DNA of 63,905 nt, counting the filler, from Vannella sp. (taxonomy: Eukaryota), in assembly GCA_023345925.1 (NCBI GenBank). It is 7 parts of 7 records of this genome, joined end to end, with 100 filler letters (N's around TTAATTAATTAA, not from the genome) between each part and the next. Parts side by side here need not be neighbours in the genome. Positions count along the whole stretch, not along the records: positions 32,934 to 43,409 come from JAJQQN010000757.1; 6 more parts are not named here. One strand, written 5' to 3'. Below are positions 33,533 to 41,550 of this stretch, in pieces. A model generated the notes under the pieces. The model was not told the DNA's origin, made no database searches, and was given only the letters and a program-made list of their open reading frames with translations. Position 1 is the first letter of the stretch. Every line of letters starts with the position of its first letter. The position numbers and the translations under genes were made by a program.

Positions 33533-35985
33533 ATGGACGCCAACTTCGAAAGCATCGTTGGTGGGGGGAGTTTGATCGAGTTGAAGGAGTTTTTGAACGC
33601 TCATCCAGAGTATCTCAACCAAGTGCGTCCCTTTCTCCTTCTACTTCTCAGCTCCCTTTCCTAGACCGGAGGATTGCCCTTCTGGGGAGAAGGACTCACC
33701 AAAAGCTCTCCTTTTAGGTTGTAAGTGACTGAACCATCAACCTTGAAGGAGCCTTCCATGTGAAAGAAGAGGAGGAGGACAAGAACTCACCCAAAGACTC
33801 TCATTAGGCTGTAAGAGACTGATCCACCGCCCATTGAGGAGAAGAACGACTCTTTGAGAAGGAGGAGATCAAAGAGGAGAAGGACTAACCAAAAGGATCT
33901 CTTTTAGTGGGTAAGTCACTTCATTCGTCACCCCTTAGATCGTACCAAGGGACACGAGAGAGGACTCATCGGCAGCCTTTTTCATAGGAAGTAAGTGGCT
34001 GATCCCTCACCTCTCTGGATGAAGAGGACCCCAAAGGGACTCACAAGGATCTCATTTAGGATGTAAGTGACCTCCTCCTTTGAAGTGACCTACACCTTTG
34101 TTATTGAAGGAAGAAGATATTGATAAGAGGGGCCCTTAGGATGTAAGAAGGAGATGAACCGTCGCAGGAGAAGAACGAAAAGAACTCACCAAGGGGATCT
34201 ATTTTAGAGAGTGAGTGACTTGCACCTCATCTCTTTAAAAGTGTCTCTCGCCGGAGGAGATTACTAATAGAAAGGGGTCTATAGTTGGTAAGTGGCTGAT
34301 TTTACTGCTATTGATGGGAAGAGAGAATGGAAGGAAGAAGAGGTACTCACCAAAAGAACCACTGTTTAGGAAGTAAGTGACTTTTCCATCCCTTTTTCTT
34401 TAGAACTTCTTGAAAAAAAGGGCGAAAACTCACGACATAGGTCTCTTTTAGTGGGTCAGTTGTTATACACAGTCTCCTGGGGGGTCGTAGAAAAGGAAAC
34501 TTACCAGGAGGGTCTCTTTTAGAGCGTAAGTGACTGAATAATACCTCTTTTGAGTAACTGGACTCTCAAAAGAAGGAGAGGAGGTGGACCTCACAAATGG
34601 TGTCATTTAGCAAGTAAGTGACCTTCCAAAAGGTGCTTTCTCAGAAGAGGGGACTAAGCCAAAGATTGTCTAGAAAGTAAGAAGCTGATTGATCAGCGAT
34701 TTTGAGGGAGATTCTCCCAAAAGATGAAGAAGAAGGAACTCACCAAAAAGGATATCTAGGCAGTAAGTATCTAATCTTCTCCTTGTCTTTAGGAGAAAAG
34801 AAACTCACCGAGTGAATCTCTTTTAGTGGGTAAGCGATCGATCCAGAAGTAGGGAGGCTTACCGTCTTCCCAGGTGAGTTGCTAGAGATGTCTGGAATGT
34901 TAACTTTCTGCTTTAACACTATTTCATTCACACCGAAGATCGCTAACAAGTTGGAAGACCTCTTTAGGATGGGCTTCGTATCAAGGATGGGCTGAAATCG
35001 TGGAGTTATTAGTTTCTCGGCGTGGTATTGACCTTCAAAAGGGAGTAAGTTCTCTACTTTGAACAAATGAATTCCCCTTACCTCAGCGATTCTCAGAATG
35101 TAAGTTTGCTTCGCATCTCATCACTCCAGAAGGATTGGGACATTCAACTTTGGTCATTCCAAGTGTTGGACTTTGTAACCATTAACTTTCCTCCCGAGAG
35201 GATACTATCGAACATTAGAAGAGGAATAGAGTGGAGAGTAGCTCACCAAAAGGACCCTTTTAGGCAGTAAGTCCATCACCCGAGCAGAAGGACTATTTGA
35301 AGGTAGAACTCACATTAAAGGGTCAATCAAGATCGTAAGGGCCAGTCTACTCTATGACATGGATAGGAGGAGAGCTCTCAACAGAGAAATTGTACTCATG
35401 CAAAAGGATCTCATTTAGGGTGTAAGTGACTGACAGATCGCTCCTTCCTTGGAAAAGGTTTCCTTTTTTAATTGAAGTGGAAGGAGACCAAAAAGTACTT
35501 ACCAAAAAAGGGCCATTATTTAGGGAGTAAGTGAATGATACCTCCCCGTTAAAGGAAGAATGGGGCAAACTGAGGTTGTAGAGAGTGAGTTCAGGAGATG
35601 AGCCGAAAGGACAAACAGAGCTCACCAAAGGATGTGGTTTAGGGAGTAAGTGATTCTTGCATAATCTGAGGAGAACCGCTGCTAATCGTAAAATCCTTTT
35701 CAGCTTGTAAGTGACTAATCTTTCGTCTCTTTTTGAAGAAGATAACTAACTGGAATCATTTAGACCGCATTGGATCTTGCTATTCGCAAGGAACCTTCAA
35801 TCCCTGATTCGGTTGTTGAGATTCTTATCTTTGCAGGGGCCAGGTGCGAGGATGTAGGGACATCTATTCCATGGAAATAGAGGGCTCACCTTCAGAAGGA
35901 GAAACCCCTGCTCGCCAAATACGTGGCGAAGGAGAAACCGGCAACCAAGAGTCAGAAAACTCGGCAACAATGCATGATGTCTTAA
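33533..35985 (+). CDS. Small ankyrin-repeat protein with 23 single-codon (3-nt) micro-exons
   Basis: Constant exons: 33533-33622 (MDANFESIVGGGSLIELKEFLNAHPEYLNQ), 34958-35044 (TSLGWASYQGWAEIVELLVSRRGIDLQKG) and 35764 onward (TALDLAIRKEPSIPDSVVEILIFAGARCED...). They are separated by arrays of AG|NNN|GT units. Ends at TAG 35880, or at TAA 35985 (CMMS) if a 42-nt intron is removed. Confidence 0.88.
33718..34829 (+). repeat. Micro-exon array 1 (15 x 3 nt: V A W E D D R L E W S Q K A W)
   Basis: Codon starts: GTT 33718, GCT 33808, TGG 33908, GAA 33988, GAT 34060, GAT 34140, AGA 34208, TTG 34285, GAA 34370, TGG 34452, AGC 34523, CAA 34611, AAA 34674, GCA 34760, TGG 34827. Each is preceded by a TAG acceptor and followed by GTAAG/GTGAG (one GTCAG). 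Confidence 0.9.
35097..35706 (+). repeat. Micro-exon array 2 (8 x 3 nt: N A I G G R G L)
   Basis: Codon starts: AAT 35097, GCA 35264, ATC 35332, GGT 35419, GGA 35524, AGA 35582, GGA 35643, CTT 35704. Each is flanked by AG and GTRAG. Confidence 0.88.
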
Positions 35986-36399
35986 TGAGGTACTTCAACG
36001 AATCGGCATGATTCCAGCTTTGCCGAAACTGAGTGGAAATGAATCATCCTTTTCACTAATGACTGGTTTTGATTGGTGTATACAATGGTCGTCTCGAACG
36101 GGCAAAGAATTCTGAATTGACTGATGGAGTCAAGGCCTCATTCCCAGAGGCTCATGCATCTCACTATCGGAGGTTGTAAACTGGTTTTCAAGATCTCGAG
36201 TGTGCTGCAAAACCTGTTGCGTCGGATACCTGCGAAGTCCTGAAGGTAAGAGCCAAGATGAAGTGCCCCAAGCATACAACAGCTCAGGTATATAACTTAT
36301 ACTTTAGGCTGAATAGTCTGATTCTCTTCCTGGCATTTCTCTAAAGTACCTATGACCAGTCATTCCATAGCTCTCTTCAAGAGCCTCTTTTTCCATGCC

Positions 36400-37305
36400 C
36401 TTTGGTAATCACACGCTACTTCTCTCCCCTGGAGGCCTTTGGGCTTTCGGATACAACTATTACTACCAACTCGGTCTTTCTGACAGGAATGACCAATTGT
36501 AGCCAGTCAAGGTTCCTTGGGATGGCCCGCAGCCACTTAATGTGGACTGGGGAAAGAAACACTCTCTTGTTCTCGACGAAGAGGGCGTTGTGTGGGATGC
36601 TGGAATCTGCCGATTTAACACCTTCCAAAGAGTTACCGGACTTCCTTTGATCGTTTCGGTGGCCGCCGGCCTATTTCACAGATACTGAAGGCGGTCTTTG
36701 GGTGTGGACGAGCAAGAGGGCAAGCTCTATTCCGCAGCGAGTAGAAGGCCTCCCTCCACTTCTTAAGGTAGCGTGTGGTAATGAATTCATGGTGGTGGAG
36801 TCCGACGAAGGTCTCTGGGCTTGCGGCAGGAATTCTAAAGGACAATTGGGCCTCGGTCATACCAATCCTGTCAAACGACCTTCTCCTGTCCAGATTGAGG
36901 GACGTTCTCCTGGACCACTACGATCTCTGGCTGCACTGGAAGACGGAACGATCCTCATTGCAAGGAGACGTCTTCTCTTGTGGGGGCAACCGCCGTAACC
37001 AACTGGGGCGCTCTTCTGGGGACCTGACAAAGCTTCAGAGAATCAATGGCATTCCTCCCATGCTTTCAGCATCCTGTGGATTGAGACACACACTCTCTCT
37101 GGATGAGAACGGCGCGGCCTGGTCTTGGGGATGCGGCATGACTGGGGAGTTGGGGACTAGCCGGTCTGATAATGGCGAGCCACTTCTCATTCAATCACTC
37201 AAGGAACTGAGAGAAGTGAACGCAGTGCAAAATTCAAACAAACGCACCTTTCACGGTCGGAGCTCTTCTGCACCAATCAGGATAGGCAGCCACCGACACC
37301 GATAA
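36400..37305 (+). pseudogene. RCC1-repeat gene remnant
   Basis: KVACGNEFMVV...LWACGRNSKGQLGLGH and VFSCGGNRRNQLG...SASCGLRHTLSLDENGAAWSWGCGMTGELG lie in different frames (frameshift near 36960); the upstream portion is also broken. Confidence 0.75.
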
Positions 37306-37412
37306 CGTGTGACCCACTAAACATAGCGTTTTGCCTCGAATCTCATTTATCCAGATTCCCCTTCATCATCAGGCCAGTCATTGAGCTTCTCTGAGGCGTT
37401 TCTTTGTCAGAC

Positions 37413-40400
37413 TCAGCATCTAGCAAGGAAGGCTGGGACGGTGACTCGCTTCATCTGGTACATTGCTTTGGCCCCAGCGTCGTCGCGTTCGTAACCTCCC
37501 GGGCGAGTGCCGAGGAGTTGATCTTGAGCTTGCGCTTCTCTCATGAACTGGTCCAGCTTCTCTGCTTGGACAATGTAGGAAAGATAGCTCTGCTGGTTCT
37601 CCGAGGTCTTCATCGTTCTTTGGAGCATTCGCTGCGTGGAGATGAGATTGATTCGGGCATCAAAGTAGCGCCCTTGTTGAGCATGGTTTGCACTCGCTTG
37701 AATTGTCTGAAGAGCTGTGACAATCGAATTCACCCCCGCTTCCGCTTCAAGGCGGTCTACAGAGACCGGCAATCGGAAGCTCTGCACCCGCAATCTTCGT
37801 TCTCCAGTGCTGCTTGTCCATTCTACTTGCACCTGGATAGGGACTCCCTCTGAAAAAGGCACTTTCATGCCAGCAGCCTCCTCGTCGGTTGCTTGGTGAT
37901 AGGAAGAAAGGAGTGAGAGGGCCTGAGAACTGAATTCCAAAGCGAAAGTGGCGTTGGCGGAGGGAGAAACTGAACCAGCTTCTACTTGGAGTGTCTGGAG
38001 TTCTGTTCCCGCAAACTGAAGCCCTTCGCCAAGGAGAACAGTTGACCGGACATTGGTGGCGACTGTGGTGTCTTTGAGCATGTTTTGGAAGGCTGTGCCC
38101 AGATTGAGAGGATTAACGATCTCAACGCTTCCTGAACTCAAGTCAGCCGCAGTGCCCAAGTGCTCGAGTCCGGATTCCTCCCCTTCAGTAGCAATGACGT
38201 GGAGCTGAACTCCAGAGGCTTTCGCGATCTTTCCGATCTCCGAATAGAAAGCGTTGTCTGACCCAAGAGATCCCATGCCTTCATTGGCTGCTCCATCCGT
38301 ACATAGAATGACCTTACTCCCAGGGAAGGCACTGGCCACTCCTGTTGATAGGGCCATGGCAGGCCCCAATGCCGTCATATCGACAGATCTTAGGCTTGCG
38401 ACAGCCTTCTGGAGGTTATCATAGACTTCAGCAACACTACGAGCATGAGCTGCGAGGTTCCTGCCCTCAGCAAGAAGTTGAGTTTGTGTGAGAGCGGAGG
38501 AAATAGATTTGAGCGTTATTCGGCGGGACGAGACTTGGTGGAAGCTCAGTGTGGATGCAAATGAGATCAAAGCGACCTTTGTTTCAGGTGACGTCTTCAA
38601 GAGGTGATTCAGTTGCTCTTTGACGGCAGCCTTGACGCATTCTAGTCGTGATTTAGAGTTGTTCACGATGGCGTCCATGCTTCCGCTCACGTCCACACAA
38701 AAAACAACAAGAGAGGAGCTCTTCGTAGTTCCTACATCTTGGCCTGCTTGCAAGAGGAAGCTGATAGCAGTCTCTGCCTTTGGAAGACAGTCTCCTTCCT
38801 CCTCAACGTCATTCAGCTCCTCACAAATTGCACAAGTCCAACAAGTCCCACTGACTTGCTGGGAAGAGGTAAGAATAGCCGAACATTCCTTGCAAAGAGA
38901 GGGATCTCCTGTCTGCATTGGGAGGTCCTCCGAAACACATTCTCCAACGTGAACCAAAAGGGAGTTCACTGAAGTCAGTGGCTGAGTTTTGACCACGCTT
39001 GTCTTCTTCTTCTGGACAGGTTCAGCAGGTTCAATTCCCTTTGTTTGAGACGTTTCTTCTGGGACTGGGTTGATGGCCTTAGAGGAAGGAGTCACCACTA
39101 CCGGGGGAGCTTTAGGGGTTCCAGAAAGCACGTATAAGTTGCTGTCGAACTCCCTAGGTCCAGTTTCGTTGAAGTCTCCCTGAAGATACCAATTAAACTT
39201 GGAAAGGCTCCCCAGAATAGAGCCACCAATCCAAGAGGAATGCCTTCGCTCTGGCAACGAAAGCACTTGAACTGTTAGTGCTGAAGGGAGCATGGCTTTG
39301 AGGTCTCTTTCAATGCGCTCTGAGATGCCACGGAACAATGACGAGCCTCCGGCGAGTACAATTCGTGAGCAAAGCGCCTGGCGGTAGTCAGGATGGCACT
39401 TCATAATCGAAGTGAAGATTGCATCACTGAGGCCAATACTATCGTCGCTTCCGAAGGCCGGTTGGAAGAGGAGTTCGGGCGCACGGAAAAGTTCCGAGCC
39501 CAAAGAGATCACTTGGCCATCCGGAAGCTCGTAAGAGTGAGCTGTTGGCCTTTGGCGCTTCATTTCCTCTTCAAAGTTCGTGGCAACGAAGCAGAGTTTC
39601 TCCTTAATGTCCCGTACAATCTCCCTCTCTGCTGTGGTGGTAAAGGAGTAGCCACGCTCTGTTGTGATCTTCATCAGGTAGTCTGTGACACTCCTCCCTC
39701 CTAACTTGGTGTAGACGCCAGCTTCTGTCAGAGGCGCTCCTCCGAAGACAGGAACGACACTGATTCCTGAGTCCGTCATGTTGACTGCAAGTCCATCGAG
39801 TGCTCCAGAAGCTATGATCGTCAGAGACGATCTGCTGATGACACTACAAGCAGGCACGTTGAAGTTCTCGAAGAGAATCTGGACAATCTTCTCCTGGTCC
39901 TTTCGTGGCAAGTTTGGATGGATGGAGAAGAGGACAGGATGCTCCTCGGGGCCCACCCGAAGCTCATTGTAGAGGACATGGTGGATGATCTTCTCGTAGT
40001 CATCCCAGTTGCTGACCTGATCCCCCTCGACTGGATACTTCATCGTAAGGACGCCTCTCTTGGATTGCGCCTCGTCTCCAACGTAAGAGTCCTTCTGGCC
40101 CATTCCAACCATCACTCCACAGTGCCTGGGACGCCCTACGATGGACGGTAAGACACAACGAGGCGCGTCATCACCAGCAAAGCCCGCGCTGGTCCATCCA
40201 GACCCAATCTGCACCACCAGTGCGCAGTTGCTGAGCTCTTCGTTGGCATTGGACGTCATTTCTTGGAGCATAGCTCTGTAAGGCTTCCATCCGTTGTGGC
40301 TGTTGGCGTTCATCCGTTCCCGAGACTCTAGGATGGACTTCTTGGCAGCCAGAGCAGCTGACACGCGCTTCTGTTCGTTCTGGTTTGCGATACGGTCAAA

Positions 40401-40682
40401 GTAGTCGCTTCCCTTCTGGTAACGAGGTTGTAGGCGCGTCCGGCAGCCCATTCCTCCTGAACGGGAACGCGCAGCTTGGTCGTACTTGCCAGCGAGTTGC
40501 TGGAGCTCATGGACGAAAGCCGCGTTCGAAGAGTCACTCCCTTCCTCCTCTAGTGCTTGAGCCCAAGCCTGAGCCTGCTCCTGTGCAGCAAAAGCAATGC
40601 CATCGTTGATCTCCTCCTCGAAGATGTCTTCGACCTCCTTGTCAATGTCCGCGAATAAAAATGCGCTCGCAAACTCTGCCAT
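37413..40682 (-). CDS. Actin-domain fusion protein: N-terminal extension + actin + Sec23/24-type Zn finger + vWA (CPRas1-like C-terminal module)
   Basis: Intronless, about 1089 aa. Actin: AGFAGDDAPR, VGRPRH.GVMVGMGQKDSYVGDEAQSKRG, TERGYSFTTTAEREIVRDIKEKLC, YELPDGQVI, SWIGGSIL. Then CKECSA...WTCAICEELN, the vWA MIDAS VFCVDVSGSM, TALGPA and ILCTDGAANEG. Confidence 0.92.
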   Translation of the reverse strand: MAEFASAFLFADIDKEVEDIFEEEINDGIAFAAQEQAQAWAQALEEEGSDSSNAAFVHELQQLAGKYDQAARSRSGGMGCRTRLQPRYQKGSDYFDRIANQNEQKRVSAALAAKKSILESRERMNANSHNGWKPYRAMLQEMTSNANEELSNCALVVQIGSGWTSAGFAGDDAPRCVLPSIVGRPRHCGVMVGMGQKDSYVGDEAQSKRGVLTMKYPVEGDQVSNWDDYEKIIHHVLYNELRVGPEEHPVLFSIHPNLPRKDQEKIVQILFENFNVPACSVISRSSLTIIASGALDGLAVNMTDSGISVVPVFGGAPLTEAGVYTKLGGRSVTDYLMKITTERGYSFTTTAEREIVRDIKEKLCFVATNFEEEMKRQRPTAHSYELPDGQVISLGSELFRAPELLFQPAFGSDDSIGLSDAIFTSIMKCHPDYRQALCSRIVLAGGSSLFRGISERIERDLKAMLPSALTVQVLSLPERRHSSWIGGSILGSLSKFNWYLQGDFNETGPREFDSNLYVLSGTPKAPPVVVTPSSKAINPVPEETSQTKGIEPAEPVQKKKTSVVKTQPLTSVNSLLVHVGECVSEDLPMQTGDPSLCKECSAILTSSQQVSGTCWTCAICEELNDVEEEGDCLPKAETAISFLLQAGQDVGTTKSSSLVVFCVDVSGSMDAIVNNSKSRLECVKAAVKEQLNHLLKTSPETKVALISFASTLSFHQVSSRRITLKSISSALTQTQLLAEGRNLAAHARSVAEVYDNLQKAVASLRSVDMTALGPAMALSTGVASAFPGSKVILCTDGAANEGMGSLGSDNAFYSEIGKIAKASGVQLHVIATEGEESGLEHLGTAADLSSGSVEIVNPLNLGTAFQNMLKDTTVATNVRSTVLLGEGLQFAGTELQTLQVEAGSVSPSANATFALEFSSQALSLLSSYHQATDEEAAGMKVPFSEGVPIQVQVEWTSSTGERRLRVQSFRLPVSVDRLEAEAGVNSIVTALQTIQASANHAQQGRYFDARINLISTQRMLQRTMKTSENQQSYLSYIVQAEKLDQFMREAQAQDQLLGTRPGGYERDDAGAKAMYQMKRVTVPAFLARC

Positions 40683-40887
40683 TGAATGGCTCTTTCTAAT
40701 GAATACCACCCATTCCCGTCCGCATTAAATAGAGGTCTGTTTCGCCAATCTTTTTTTCTTGGAAATGAAAATCCGCTAATTTTGCGCCCAATCACAGCGC
40801 GTCTTGGATCTTGATGCAAAACAAATCAAATCCTGATTGTGGCGTTTGCAAATCATTTATTGACATTTATTTGTTTGTTGAGCAGGA

Positions 40888-41349
40888 ATGACGAGGGTCA
40901 CTCTGTTGGTGCTTGTGTTGATTGGGGTTTGTTTTGGTGGCAATGCTGGGAAGGATGTGATGTACCAGAAGAGGATTGGCTTGGTCTTTCAGCAGCTATT
41001 TGCTCCCAACGTGACCTGCGCGCAGTGGGCGAGCAACAACTTTGAAGAGGAAGGTGCGTGGTATCACCCCAACCTGCCTGAAGGGGCCGTTGGTTGGTCC
41101 CAGATACAGTCTTTCTGTGAAGACACTCGCTTCTCCTTCCCACAATCGGTCTACCTTCCCACTGTTCTCCCCCAACTCACCCACTCTGGGGACTACGCCT
41201 TTGCGTCAGTGGACTACGTTTTCTCCTCCAACCAACCAACATCACCCTTCTCCAACTGGGGGAACGTCTTCTTTGCCCTAAACGACGATTACATCATCCA
41301 CTACGCGGTTGAAACGTGGACCCGCCGCGTCTGGCCCGCCCAGCTGTAA
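40888..41349 (+). CDS. Secreted small protein, possibly SnoaL/NTF2-like fold
   Basis: Signal peptide MTRVTLLVLVLIGVCFG; W...F.E.G.WYHP....AVGW..I..F pattern. Confidence 0.6.
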   Translation: MTRVTLLVLVLIGVCFGGNAGKDVMYQKRIGLVFQQLFAPNVTCAQWASNNFEEEGAWYHPNLPEGAVGWSQIQSFCEDTRFSFPQSVYLPTVLPQLTHSGDYAFASVDYVFSSNQPTSPFSNWGNVFFALNDDYIIHYAVETWTRRVWPAQL

Positions 41350-41550
41350 TCCCTCTCAACTCACTAAAGTGGCTAACATCTCTCCAGTCACTGAAGAAGG
41401 GGATCGTTGAGGACGAGCCCCTCAACTCGCTTACCATTGGTCAGAACACTCCTCTTCACTGATTGGTCCAACGGGCCCGAGGAAGGTCCCGAGATGAATC
41501 AGATGATCTCGGCTTTGAAAGGTTCTTTTTTTCCATTTTATTGTCTCCTG

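Noticed and set aside
34740..35628. Minus-strand ORFs 34740-35066 and 35347-35628, and minus-strand GTGAGT 'donors'
   Set aside because: These are shadows of the plus-strand intron scaffold: the branch point ACTCAC is the reverse complement of GTGAGT. There is no consistent exon size or protein signal on the minus strand.
33690..35760. CRISPR-like or satellite interpretation of the ~75-nt periodic motif (...ttttag NNN gtaagtgac...)
   Set aside because: The repeats are degenerate and consist of spliceosomal branch, acceptor and donor signals; there are no cas genes; the context is eukaryotic; and the flanking exons form an ankyrin ORF.
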